Positions 12,428 to 24,368 of a stretch of DNA of 64,000 nucleotides are shown piece after piece. Positions within the stretch are counted from its first letter, which is position 1. Each line of letters begins with the position of its first letter. The notes under the pieces were generated by a model. That model had not been told where the DNA came from, did no database searches, and saw nothing but the letters and a program-made list of their open reading frames with translations. A program made the translations under genes and the position numbers. This DNA comes from an uncultured Gemmatimonadales bacterium (lineage in GTDB: Bacteria; Gemmatimonadota; Gemmatimonadetes; Gemmatimonadales; GWC2-71-9). Location: NCBI GenBank assembly GCA_963842945.1, contig CAWJIM010000002.1, positions 288,001 through 352,000 on the forward strand. Direction: 5' to 3'.

Positions 12428-13758
12428 TTACTCAGCAGTATGCACCTGCGATGGCCGAGCGATGAACGGCGGTTCAACTGGAACAGTTGGAGCCGGGTTA
12501 ACGGTAATTTCGTCGTTCGGTAGCTTCTCCCAGGAGCCGGAAGACCAGATGAGCGCCGCCTGAGCCGCCCGGGCCCGAACTTCGTGGCGGGAACCGGCAA
12601 AGCGCACGTGCCTGGCATGCACCTCCCCCTGCAACGCGCACGCGATCCAGACCGTACCCACCGGCTTCTGCTCGGTACCTCCACCAGGGCCCGCAATGCC
12701 GGTAACCGCCAGAGCAGCGTCGACTCCAAACCGCTCGGCTGCGCCCTCCGCCATGGCGCGAGCCACCGGCTCACTCACGGCGCCGTGCTCATCCAGCAGC
12801 GCCTGCGCAACACCCAGCGCTTTTACCTTGACCGCGTTGTCATAGGCGATCACCCCGCCGACAAAGACATCGGAGCTGCCGGGGATTTCCGTGAGACGCC
12901 CGCCCAGAAGGCCTCCGGTGCACGACTCTGCAACGGCCAGTCGGACGCTTCTCGCGCGAGCCCGCTCCAGAACCAGGGCCGCCAGATCCGTCTCACCATC
13001 GCCATAGACCGGATCCCCCGCCCGACCCCGGAGCAGCTCGACCGCCGAGCCGAGTTTCCGGTCGGCCTCATCCGGCTCAAGATTCCAGGCGCGTCAGACG
13101 GAGGTCCACGCCTTCGTAACCCGGCAGGTAGGCCAGAGTGACCGGCGCGATCTTCTCCTCAACGTCTCCCAGGCGCTCGGCCAGGGTGGACTCGGGCATT
13201 CCACTGGTCCGAAGCAGGCGGGAACGAATGATGGCTCCCGAGGCTCTTGCCTGCAAGGCGGGGCACAACCTCGTGCTCCAGCAGCTTTCGCATCTCCTGC
13301 GGAACACCGGGCAACATGATGGTGAGACCGGGCGAGCCTTCGAGCCACAGTCCCGGAGCGGTCCCCCAGCGATTTCGGAGCACCGTGGCACCCCGGGGCA
13401 CCTCAGCCTGACTCCGGTTGCTCTCGGCCGGCTTGCGCTCCAGCCGGGCAAATCGCGCCAGCAAACTGGCCCAGACACTTTCGTCGAACTCGAGCGGCGC
13501 CTGGAAGAGCTCGGCCACCACCTTCTTGGTCATGTCGTCGCGCGTGGGACCCAGGCCTCCGGTGGTGAGGACGGCCCCGGTGCGCTGCAGGGCTTCGGCC
13601 ACGGCGGCGCGGATGGCGTCCGGCTGGTCGGCTACCGAAATCCGGCGGACCACCCGCACGCCATGGTCCGCCAGACGCCGCGCGATCTCGGCGCCGTTGG
13701 TATCTACGGTGAACCCCAGCAGCAGCTCGGTCCCGATGGTAACCAGCTCGATGTTCAT
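12428..13758 (-). CDS. cinA: CinA-family protein (molybdopterin-binding domain plus NMN deamidase); frameshifted
   Basis: IGTELLLGFTVDTN, GGLGPTRDD, GTAPG, LPGVPQEM, AESCTGG, GAVSEPVARAMAEG, TGIAGPGGG. End uncertain. Confidence 0.9.
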
Positions 13759-13778
13759 GGAGGGTCTGGAGCTAGCTC

Positions 13779-14415
13779 CTAGCTGCGTTCGGAGAAGAGT
13801 CGCCGATTGCGGTAGAGATAGAGCACAAAGGAGTAGACGGTGAGCAGCTGCCGCAACAGCCAGCGTGACCGCGACGAAGCCGCCGTGGAATTCGTTCCAG
13901 TACTGCGCGTACCGGTTGTGCTCCCAACCCATGGGCTTCCGCGCATCGCGGAAGGCAAACCAGAGGATGATGGCGCCGACGAAGATGTTCTGGATCGTGG
14001 TCTTGAGCTTTCCCGCACCGGCTGCCGGGATCACCACGCCTCTCCGGCTGGCCCACCAGCGGAAGACGGTCATGGCCAGTTCCCGGCCGATCAGCAGCAG
14101 GCAGACCCAGAGAGGGATGCTGCCCCAGATCGGAATGTCGTAGAGATCGTGGCGCTGGCGGGAGATGAAGTAGATCGGGATCAGGGTGGCGAAGAGCAGA
14201 AGCTTGTCGGCGATGGGATCCAGCAGCTTGCCCAGGTCGGTGACCTCGTTCCGGCTGCGGGCGAGATGCCCGTCGTAGATGTCGCTGACCGCGGCAATGA
14301 TGAAAATGATGAACGCGATGAGCTTGGGCCAGTACCCCTCGATGAACGGCAGCAGCGCGATGACCGGGGTGAAGCAGATGCGAACGAGGGTAATGATGTT
14401 GGGCAGGGTCCACAT
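13779..14415 (-). CDS. pgsA: CDP-alcohol phosphatidyltransferase (PgsA-like)
   Basis: TLPNIITLVRI; DIYDGHLAR-x7-GKLLDPIADK signature; GKLKT. Confidence 0.85.
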
Positions 14416-14420
14416 GGTAC

Positions 14421-15095
<675 letters not shown>

Positions 15096-15109
15096 GGGTG
15101 CTGCTTTCC

Positions 15110-15600
15110 TCAGGCCCCGAAGAGTTTGTCGATCTCGTCTTCCGCCTCGCCCAGGAACTCCGACTCTACCCCGGGCGCGCTGGTGCCATCGCGGTTGAAC
15201 ATGTCGGTGAACACCTGAGTCAGCTGGACCACCGCCGTCTTGACCCGCAGCTTGACCAGTCCCAGCGTGGTTCGGTTGTCGAACAGCACCACCAGGATGA
15301 CCCGCCGGGCGATATCGGCCAGGTACATCGACTCCCGCTCGCCCTGGTGAAACAGGGCGCCGAACTCCGACTCGCCCAGCATGCGGGCCAGCTGATCGTT
15401 GGCGCTGAAGTCGGCGGCGGTGAGCGACGCGAAGGCGGTGGGATCGAACGCCGGAGCCTCGCCGGCGGTGGCCACCATCTGGCCGGTGCGGTCGACGATC
15501 AGCGCGGTGCGCGCGTTGGATTCGCTGAGGAAGCCGCTCAGGATTGCCTGAATCTTTCGGCGTCGTCTTCCCGGAACGACCAGCTCGAAGCGCCGCTCAC
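15110..15600 (-). CDS. mglB: Roadblock/LC7 protein MglB (GAP of MglA); frameshifted
   Basis: [52 protein letters not shown]; directly upstream of mglA. Confidence 0.9.
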
Positions 15601-15610
15601 CGGCTCGATC

Positions 15611-15881
15611 TCATGCCAGAGTCGCTTCCATACGCCGCACGATGGCCTCGGCCCGCCGGCGGAGCATCGGCTGCCGCTCCCAGGCGAGGTAGTCCCGCAG
15701 CAGCCGGACGGTTTCCACCCCGTTCTGCCCCGCCAGAAAGCCCAGCGCGGCAAGGCGCCGGAGCGGGCGGGGGCTGAACAGATCGCGCCGATGATAGGTG
15801 AGCCGCTGCTGGGCCAGGAGCCAGCCACCGGTTACCCCAGCCACCACTCCCCCGGCGAACACCCAGCGCGCGCGACCGCAT
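15611..15881 (-). CDS. Small membrane-anchored hypothetical protein
   Basis: N-terminal TM (FAGGVVAGVTGGWLLA) then a basic helical domain; start abuts the recR stop. Confidence 0.65.
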
Positions 15882-16472
15882 CAGCCGACGTCCTGCCGGG
15901 CAACCAGCGCGTGAGCCAGGGTGACGCCGTCGACGTATTCCAGGTCGCCACCCATGGGAAGCCCGCGCGCCAAGCCGGGTAACCCGCACGTCCATGCCGG
16001 CCAGCAGCTGCTGAATGTAGGTGGCGGTGACCTCGCCCTCCATCGAAGGATTGGTCGCCAGAATCACCTCGCGCACCCCGCCCTCCCGCACCCGCTGCAC
16101 CAGGCGGTCCAGCCGCAGTGCCTCCGGGCCGATGCCGTCCAGCGGCGACAGCTGGCCGCCGAGCACGTGGTAACGGCCCCGGAAGTCGGTCGAGCGATCG
16201 ACCACGCCCACCGTCGAGGGCTCCTCCACCACGCAGACCACTCCGGCATCTCGCCGGGGATCGCGGCAGATGGCGCAGGGCTGGTCCTCAGTGAGGTTGC
16301 CGCACTCCTCGCAGGGCCGCACCCGCTCGGTCACCGAGGCGAGGGCCGAGGCGAGGCGCTGAGCCTGTTCAGGGGATTGCTGAAGCAGATGAAAAGTGAG
16401 CCGCTGAGCCGTCTTCCGGCCGATTCCGGGAAGCCTGGCAAGTTCGGTGATCAGCTCCTCGATCGCGCTCAC
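15881..16472 (-). CDS. recR: Recombination mediator RecR
   Basis: LPGIGRKTAQRL, C4 zinc finger, YHVLGGQLSPLDGIGP, EVILATNPSMEGEVTA. Confidence 0.95.
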
Positions 16473-16475
16473 CGG

Positions 16476-16808
16476 TCAGAAAGGAGAGCGTAAAGGGCAG
16501 CTGAGGGCACTTTCCGCATCTCGGCCTGGAGCATCTCGGCCGCGCGGCGCTGGGCCTCGGCCACCGCGGTGAGCACCAGATCGCTGAGAAATTCGGCGTC
16601 ATGATCCTTGAAATACGGCGGGATCGATCGACACTGCGCGGACGGTGCCGCGGCCATCGGCGGTGACCTTCACCATGCCGCCGCCGGCGGAGGTCTCGAT
16701 GGTGCGGGTGGCCAGCTCCGTCTGCAGCTGCTGCAGCCGGCCTTGCATCTGCTGGCCCAGCTGAAAGAGCTGCTGAAGATCTGCCATGCTATCGGGTAAT
16801 CCTGCCAT
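16476..16808 (-). CDS. ybaB: YbaB/EbfC nucleoid-associated protein; frameshifted
   Basis: QQMQ, SAGGGMVKVTADG, IDP, LSDLVLTAVAEA; lies between dnaX and recR. Confidence 0.9.
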
Positions 16809-16821
16809 GAGTCGGGAGTGT

Positions 16822-16907
16822 AGAGTCGAACGTCTAAAGTCTGAAGTCCAGAGTCCTAGGCTTAAGGTCTGCCCCTAGAACTCGAGACTCTGGACTCTAG
16901 ACCTAGT
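16822..16907. repeat. Inverted arrays of degenerate heptamers (AGAGTCY / GACTCT)
   Basis: GTCTGAAGTCCAGAGTC versus the reverse complement of GACTCTGGACTCTAGAC, 15/17 match. Confidence 0.65.
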
Positions 16908-16912
16908 CCCGC

Positions 16913-18612
16913 TCAATCCACGATCTCCAAATCTAACGCATCGGCCGCCGTGTCGAGGGCGGGATCCTTGGACCGGAACTCCCGCAGCCGGTCGGCTTTG
17001 ATGCTCGAATCGGACATCCGGCGGGGCTCGGGCCTGGGGGGCGTCCCGCTGGTCCGGATTGGCGACGAGCCGCAGGCGGATGGGCTGGCCCAGGCTTCGG
17101 CTCAGGATCTCCTCGACCTTACGCGCCTCCTGCTCAAGCCGGTCGGCAAACAACTGATTGGGCTCGCTGCATGCGCCACAGTCAGGCCAGGGCAGCACCA
17201 GGGCGACCGGCTCGACCGAGCTGCCAGGAGCTTCGCCCAGGAACCGGCTCTGGACCCGGGCGGCGACGACACGCGGGCCAGCCGGCCCGAATGGCTTCGA
17301 TCGAGGGGGCCAGTTGGCGGTCGGCGGGAAGCGGGGAGCGGGGCCGCTGGAGGCGGCCCCGGCGGCCCGGATTCGCGCCTGTGGCTTGGCTGCAGCCGCT
17401 GCTGCTCTGAGCCGGTGCCGCCGCTGGCGCTCTAGCTACCCCGCTGCCCCGCGGTTCCCTGCTCCCCGCTGCCCCGCTGCCCCGCTGTCCCCTGCCAGCA
17501 CCTCCTCCAGATCCACCATCCGGTCCAGCAGGCCCAGCGCAGCAGCAGCGTCTCGACCACCAGCCGGGGATTGACGCTTCGGCGGATGCCGTTCTCGTTT
17601 CGGCCAGCAAGCCGCAGCATGCGGAGCACGTCGCCCGGCTGCAAACGGCTCCGGTACTCCTCCAGCCTGGCGCGGACCGCCTCGGTGAGCCCCTCCGGCT
17701 CGGCACCCACCTGGAGCATCAGCAGGCCTCGGAGCACCTCGGCCGCCCCGGCCATGAACTCCGCCAGGTCGACCCCTGCGTCACACAGCCGGTCCACGAG
17801 CGGAAAAACCGCCGCCGGGCTCCGCTCGGCCACCAGCTGCAGCACCTCTGCGTAGAGCTCGTCATCGACCAGGCCCAGCACCTCGCGGACCCGCTCGGCC
17901 GTGACCACCCCTTCGCCAAAGCTCAGGCACTGGTCGAGAACCGAGAGCGCGTCCCGCATGCCGCCATCGGCGTGGCGGGCGATGAGCGTGAGCGCGTCGT
18001 CCTCGGCCTGCATCTCCTCCGCCGCGAGCACCTGCTGGAGCCGGTCCCGAATGGCCGCCGGGACCGATTCGGCGGAAATCGAACCGCTGAAGGCGGGACA
18101 TCACCGGCGCTGCGGTGGCCGCGATCTTCTGGGGCTCGGTGGTGGCAAAGACGAAGACCACACCCGGAGGCGGCTCTTCCAGAATCTTCAGCAGCGCGTT
18201 CCACGCCTCGCGGGTCAGCATGTGGGCTTCGTCGACGATGTAGACCTTGTGAGTGGCCCTCCTGCGATGCGGCGTACATGGCCCGCTCCCGCAGATCGCG
18301 AGCGTCTTCCACTCCGCGGTTGCTGGCGGCGTCGATCTCGACCACGTCGAGATTGGCGGAGCCATTCCAGACCCGGAGGCAGTTCTCGCATTCGCCGCAG
18401 GGATCACCTGACGCGTCCCGCTGGGCGCAGTTGAGCGCCATGGCCAGGATGCGGGCGGCGGTGGTCTTCCCGACCCCTCGGGGACCGGTCAGGAGATACC
18501 CGTGCCCCACCCGGCCCCGGGCAACGGCGCCGCGGAGCACGGCCACGACATGGTCTTGGACCAGGAGATCGGAAAAGCGCTTGGGGCGGTATCGGCGGGC
18601 GAGGGAGATCAT
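16913..18612 (-). CDS. dnaX: DNA polymerase III subunit gamma/tau; frameshifted
   Basis: [57 protein letters not shown]. Confidence 0.95.
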
Positions 18613-18632
18613 ATAAGCGGGCCAAAAAGAAA

Positions 18633-18736
18633 AGTGCCTCAGGCACCCCGAAGCGACACCGGACATCGCTTAGCGCTGCTACCGGCGAGGTCCTGACGCG
18701 GTTCACGCGCCGGCGCCCTTCGGACCTGAGGCATCC
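18633..18736 (-). ncRNA. ffs: SRP RNA (4.5S)
   Basis: Long hairpin with terminal helix UGCCUCAGG/CCUGAGGCA; domain IV core GUCAGG-ACC..GGU-AGCAGC; U-rich tail; TATATT just upstream; canonical position before dnaX. Confidence 0.9.
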
Positions 18737-18776
18737 GTAATATAACCCGCCCCGAACGGGGTGGGAATCGCGACGA

Positions 18777-19307
18777 CTAGTGCTGCGGAGCGAGATTCGA
18801 GCTGTACATATCCACCACGTACTTCCAGCTGCCGTCGGGCTGCTTCTTCAGGATTTCCAGGAACTTCCCTTCGTCTGCCACGCCGGATGCCTTTGGCCTT
18901 GGGTACCGCCGTGAAGCGGTAGTGTCCCATGTTGTAGGCCAGGTCACCCCGCCCTTCCACGATGTCGGAGTCGATCTCGAAGCGAACGGTGTAGGCCTCG
19001 AAGAATCCTCCCCAGAACGCGCGGATGGCAGCGCGGCCCTTTTGCGGCGGAAGATTGGGAGGAAGCAGAGCCGCGTTGGTGGCATACACAGCAGCAACTG
19101 AATCCGCATTGCCGGCGTTGGCAGCCGCCGCAAAGGCGGAGTCCACGGCTCGAATGGCGCCAAGATCGGCGTCGGACAGCTCAGCGGCCGAGTTTGCCGC
19201 CGGCCGAGTCGGAAGACCTTTCCCGCTGTCTTGCAGCCCGTGCCGAATGCCAACCCGACAGCCACCATCACCAGGGCACGACCCATGGGTTGCGACACGT
19301 GGACCAC
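18777..19307 (-). CDS. DUF4440/NTF2-like exported protein; frameshifted
   Basis: AFAAAANAGNADSVAAVY, GRAAIRAFW, GDLAY, GKFLEILKKQPDGSWK. Confidence 0.8.
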   Translation of the reverse strand: MVHVSQPMGRALVMVAVGLAFGTGCKTAGKVFRLGRRQTRPLSCPTPILAPFEPWTPPLRRLPTPAMRIQLLLCMPPTRLCFLPIFRRKRAALPSARSGEDSSRPTPFASRSTPTSWKGGVTWPTTWDTTASRRYPRPKASGVADEGKFLEILKKQPDGSWKYVVDMYSSNLAPQH

Positions 19308-19328
19308 CTCCGAAGTGGTGAGATACGA

Positions 19329-20260
19329 TCAGCCCAGAATCGCCCGCTGGCGGTCGAGCATCTTTCTCAACTCCCAGGTCTCCGCCACGACGGCGCCCAG
19401 CAGAAACACAATGGCGGTGTAGTAGACCCAGAGAATGAACAGCACTATCGCACCCAGATTCGCGTCGCCGCCGAGCCCCTCGAACGAGGCGAAGTTGGTC
19501 AGGTACAGGGCATAGAGCCGCTTGGCCACCTCGAAGAGCAGCGCGGTGAAGGTGGCGGCGAGCAGCGCGGTTTTCCAGGGGAGCCGGCGGACCGAGGCGT
19601 AGCTGTAGGTGACGTAGAACAGGGAAACCGAGAAGCTGAAGGCGAGGAGCTCCGCCAGGTAGCGCCCAACGGTGGACACGAAGAACCCGAGCTGGGGCAC
19701 GGTCTCGGTTCCGCGGGCCTCCAGAATGGCCAGCCCGGTCGTCAGCAGCGTATTCGCCAGAAACAGGATCACCGTGCCGATAACCATGGTCGCGTCGCGC
19801 AGCTTGGCCAGGAGCAACAGGGTGATCACCGCCCGGTGCGGAGTCGGGCGGAGCGAAACGTCGTAGATGTCGTTCAGTGCGGTGCGGATGCCGGCAAAGA
19901 GCCGGGTGCTGAACCAGAGGAAGGCGGGCACCGCGTAGAGCGACAGCTCGCCCCGGTTCTCGGTGATGCCGGTCAGCAGCCGCTCGATGATGCCGAACGG
20001 ATCGCGGTCCGGCAAGCGTCGAATGGGGTGGCAGGAAGCGGTGGAACAGCTCCAACGGTGTCGACTTCGGGGCCGGTGACAGCCTGGGCCAGATGGGTCA
20101 GGCCGATCAGCAAGAGCAGGATGAACGGAACCGCGGCCAGCAGCGCGTCGAAGGTCAGTGCGCTGGCGAGAAACGGAATGTTGTCTTCATCGGCGGCTTG
20201 GAGGGTCCGGCGCAGGAAGCCGGCGGGCGAACGGTACCACCCGCCGGGCCTGGACCGACT
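19329..20260 (-). CDS. YihY/BrkB family membrane protein; frameshifted
   Basis: DNIPFLASALTFDALLAAVPF, ALNDIY, FEVAKRLY, LWVYYTAIVFLLGA. Start approximate. Confidence 0.85.
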
Positions 20261-20658
20261 CAGGCGAGCGGCTCCTCGAGATCTGCCGGTGAGCGACGCC
20301 GCGCCCGGGCGTCGGCCAGGCGCCGCTCGAGCTCCTCCCGGGGCGACGGCCTGGCGCTGCGCCCGAATCGCTCCGCGCTGTCCTCTTCCTCCAGCTCGTC
20401 CTCCTCATCCTCGAGCATGCCCTGAAGGGAGTCCTTGGCGCCGCCGAACTGCTGGGTGATCTCGTCCAGCTTCTCCTCGGTCATGGCCCGGAACTTCCAC
20501 AGCTTGCGCTGCAGATTGCGGCGGGTTTCCTCGCCGCTGCTCGGCGCGTATAGCAGCGCCACTCCCGCGCCCAACAGCGCACCCCAGAAGAGCCACTTGG
20601 CGGAGGAGTCGCCTCCCCGCTCGACGTACACCACCTCGCGCTGCTGCTTGCGACGCAT
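20260..20658 (-). CDS. YtxH domain protein
   Basis: GALLGAGVALLYAPSSGEETRRNL. Confidence 0.85.
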   Translation of the reverse strand: MRRKQQREVVYVERGGDSSAKWLFWGALLGAGVALLYAPSSGEETRRNLQRKLWKFRAMTEEKLDEITQQFGGAKDSLQGMLEDEEDELEEEDSAERFGRSARPSPREELERRLADARARRRSPADLEEPLA

Positions 20659-20667
20659 TCGAGCCTC

Positions 20668-22084
20668 CTATTCCCCGGCGTCGGGGTCGTCGGCCGCCGC
20701 AACCAGCACCGGCTTGAGCGCCGCGTGATGCTGGATGGGGGCCTGGATGAACCGGTTGACCTGATCCTGAGTTCCGTTCACGTTCAGCTGCTCGAACAGA
20801 AATGCGAACGTTTTCTCGAGGTCGCCGGCAATTGCGCCACGGATGTCCTCGGGCAAAGACCAGAGGTCCTGCTTGAAAGGGCCGATCGCCTTCTTCCGTG
20901 CCTTGTAATAGAACTGCTCGTTGGTGTCACCGCTCTTCCGTTCACCGGCCGCATTCTCGTCCACCCAGCTGCGCAGCCGCTGCCGCAGCTCAGCCGGGAG
21001 CCGGGGGTGATCGAAGACGATGTTCTGAAAGTTGGTCGCGAGATGGATCTCGGCGGTTTCAATCCGGGGGAAGTTGCCGAAGGCATTGGACGGGAGCGTG
21101 CTGGCGCCGTGCTGCACCGCCCCGGCAAGGCCGTACTCGCTCACGCGCCACTTCGGAGAGTGCCGCGAGCGCCTGTGAGGTCCAGCTTGACGTCGGCCAT
21201 CGTGCCATCGGCCAGGACCACGCCACCATGCGAAGTGCCCGTCTGCACCGAGATCTTGCTGATGCCCACGGGATCGCCCAGGGCGGCGATCGCCTGGTTG
21301 TAGCCCTGCATGAAGGCGTGCAGCTCCTCCACCGTGCTGTTCTTCATCCCGACTTCGCCGATCTCGGCTCCCACCGAGACCGTCATCCCCTGCGGCTCCT
21401 GTCCCGGATGAAGGCGGTGATCTCGGCGGCGCGCTCGTAGTTGAGCCGCTGCTGTTCGCTCAGCGAGGACTGGGAGAGATCCACCAGGGTAGAAGTATCT
21501 ACGTCGATGTTGTAGAACCCGGCACCAACCTCCTCGGCAATCAGCTTCTTGACCTCACCGACCTCGCCGTCGGGATCGGCCTGGTACTTCTTCTGGTTGA
21601 CCTGGCAGTGGTCGCCCTGAATGAAGAGCGGCAGGGTATAGCCCTCCCGCAAGGCAGCGGCAATCATGACCGAGACATACTCCGCAGGCCGCTGCTCGGT
21701 ATAGGCGATCTCGGAGCGGGCAATCTCCAGAATGATGGCTCCGGCTTTGCCCGCACGCGCGGCACGAAAGATCGCCCGGGCCGTGTCGTAGGCCATCATG
21801 CGGACGTTGATGGCGGGGACGGTGAACCCACCGCATTCGCCCCGGCCTCGGGCCAGATACAGATCATTAATGGAGGCCGGGCGGGCGCCGGTTACCTGCC
21901 CCAGCTCCCAGATGAGCCAGCGGGCTGCCTCACGGTCGTCTCCGGACCCAAAGACCGCCTGCCAGGCCAGCCGGTCGGTTGCTGGTGAGCGCAGCTTGGC
22001 CTGATCGCGGATCTTTACCCCGCCGGGGACCAGAATCACCCCGCCTCCATACAGATCGATCACCCGCTGTGTTGCATCAGCCAT
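20668..22084 (-). CDS. fba: Class II fructose-bisphosphate aldolase (long form); frameshifted
   Basis: [41 protein letters not shown]; downstream of pgi. Confidence 0.85.
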
Positions 22085-22181
22085 GCAGGTCTATCCTCTT
22101 GAACGCAGTGTCCATGCATCTGCCAAAGGTAGGACGGGAACGGAAGACCCGCAACGCGCCGCGGGAGAGATCGCACCCTCG

Positions 22182-23586
22182 TCAAGCCTCGTCGGCAGTG
22201 GACGGCGCTTCCCGCGGCGCCGGGTCATAGCCGGGGCGCCCCATGGCCGCATAGGTCAGGCGCTTCCCCAGCTCGACGCCGGGCTGATCGAACGGGTCGA
22301 TGCCGTACCATGCGCCCGCGTATCCGGTGGCGAGCTGAAAGAACATGATCGTCTCGCCCATGGTGGCCGCGCCAAGATCGGGAAGGCGGAGGGTGCAGCT
22401 CATCCGCCCCATCTGCGCCAGCGCCGCGGAGGTGGCCTCGTACTCGGCCCGAAGCAGCTCTCCCAGCGTGTGTCCCGGCAGGTACGCCAGGTCGGGCGGC
22501 AAAGCCGGCGCGGCCGCCGGCGGCGGAGCGCCCGGGAATTCTCACATCCACCCCGAAGTTCTCCACGGTCATGAAGGTGATCGCCTTGTCGTAGGGCCCT
22601 TCCATGAACAGCTGCACCTGGCTGTGCTGATCGGTGGCGCCCACCGCGCCGACCGGCGTGGGGCCGACATGCACCGTCTTTCCTTCCCGGTCCGCTCGCT
22701 TGCCCAGGCTCTCGGCCCAGAGCTGCCGGTACCACTCCGCCAACTCGCGCAGACCGGTCGGTATACGGCATGAGCACGTGGACACGAGCTCCATGACTTA
22801 CGTCGGCCTCATGGTGGAGAGCGGCATAGAGCGCAGCCGGGTTCGCGGAAGAGGTCGTCCTCCTCGGCCCGCTCCAGCGCGAGCCGAGCGCCCTGCGAGC
22901 AAACCTTCGACGTCGATACCCACCAGAGCGGCGGGAAGCAGCCCCACCGGCGAAAGGACGCTGAATCGTCCGCCCACATCAGGCGGCACGTCGAGCGTGG
23001 CGATATGATCGCGCTGAGCCAACTCTCGCAGGGCACCGCGGCTGGGGTCGGTGGTGAAGACCAGATGCCGTTAGGCCGCGGCGCCGAGCGCCTTCTCCAG
23101 CCAGGCGCGTACCACGAGATACTGCGCCATCGTCTCCGCGGTGCCGCCTGACTTGCTGATGACGTTGACCAGAACCCGGCGAGGATCGATCCGATCCAGC
23201 GCCGCGGCGACGGAGGTCGGGTCGACATTCTCCAGCACCGTGAGCCGGGGAAAGAACTCCCGTGCCTCATCGTCCAGCTCATTCCAGGCCGGGGGGCGAA
23301 GCGCATTCAACAGAGCCTTGGTGCCGAGAGCCGATCCGCCGATGCCCAGCACCAGTACGTGATCGTGCGCCTGACCCAGACCCTCGGCAAAGCTTCTGAT
23401 CTGCCCGGACCGTCGGGCCCTGCTCCACCAGCTTGTAGAACCCGTACTCCCCGGCCGCGCGCCGGCGGCGCACTTCAGCCTGCACCGGAGGAAAGGCTGC
23501 CGAGAGCTTTTGCAGTCGGGCCCGGTTCAGCCCGTGCTCCCGTCCAGATTTTCCTGCAGCATTCGCCCGTACAGCAACTTGATCAC
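22182..23586 (-). CDS. pgi: Glucose-6-phosphate isomerase; frameshifted
   Basis: [50 protein letters not shown]. Confidence 0.93.
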
Positions 23587-24365
23587 GCCACCTCCACCGT
23601 CAGTCCGTCGTAGGCGGGAAAGATTCCCTCGGGCAATCTGCTCTCCAGATCCGAATGCCCGGTTTCATGAGTCAGATGGGTAAGGTAGGTCCGGCGCGCC
23701 CCCAGCTCCCGCGCGGTGGTCGATCGCCTCGGAGATGCTGAGGTGAGTAGGATGGGGCCGCCACCACAGCGCATTCAGCACCAGCACATCCAGGCCCCGG
23801 AGCCGTTCACGTTCTGCTGGAGGTATCTCCTTGATGTCGGTGATGTAGGCCAAGTTACCGAATCGGTACCCGAACACGCGCAGGTGCCCGTGCTGAAACG
23901 CCAAAGGAAGCGTATCGACTCCGGCGATGCTGACGACCTCTCCGGGCGTCGACGGGATGCAGGGTGAGCCGCGGTTTGGAGGTGCCCTCGTAAGGCGCGC
24001 ACCGAGTCATCGAAGATGTAGTTGAACGATGAGCGCAGCCGATCCAGCGTCTCTTCAGGACCGAATAGATCGGGAGCGGCTTTCGTTGCCGGACCGAGAA
24101 AATCCGGAGGTCGTCGATGCCGTTGACGTGGTCGGCGTGCTCGTGGGTGTAGAGCACGGCATCGACATGGGAGAGACCGACGGTGATCAGCTGGAGCCGA
24201 AGCTCAGGCGGGGTGTCGATCAGAATGGTCGCTCCGGCATCTTGGAGCACGGCGCCAGAGCGAGGTGCGCCTGTCGCGCGGATCGGTCGAGTGGCACACG
24301 GCGCAGTCGCAGCCGATCTGGGGCACGCCGAACGACGTGCCGGTACCGAGAAACGTCAAACGCAT
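23583..24365 (-). CDS. PhnP-like MBL-fold metallohydrolase; frameshifted
   Basis: [42 protein letters not shown]. Confidence 0.9.
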
Positions 24366-24368
24366 CCG

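Noticed and set aside
12410..12428. Sigma54 promoter for grpE (TGGCAC on the minus strand)
   Set aside because: GG-to-GC spacing is 11 rather than 10 and there is no TTGC.
13159..14415. PgsA-CinA fusion ORF
   Set aside because: The true PgsA C-terminus and stop are in another frame (13779); an indel near 13850 explains it.
16913..18612. Programmed ribosomal frameshift in dnaX
   Set aside because: No AAAAAAG-type slippery site. The breaks fall inside the conserved ATPase domain and look like the errors elsewhere.
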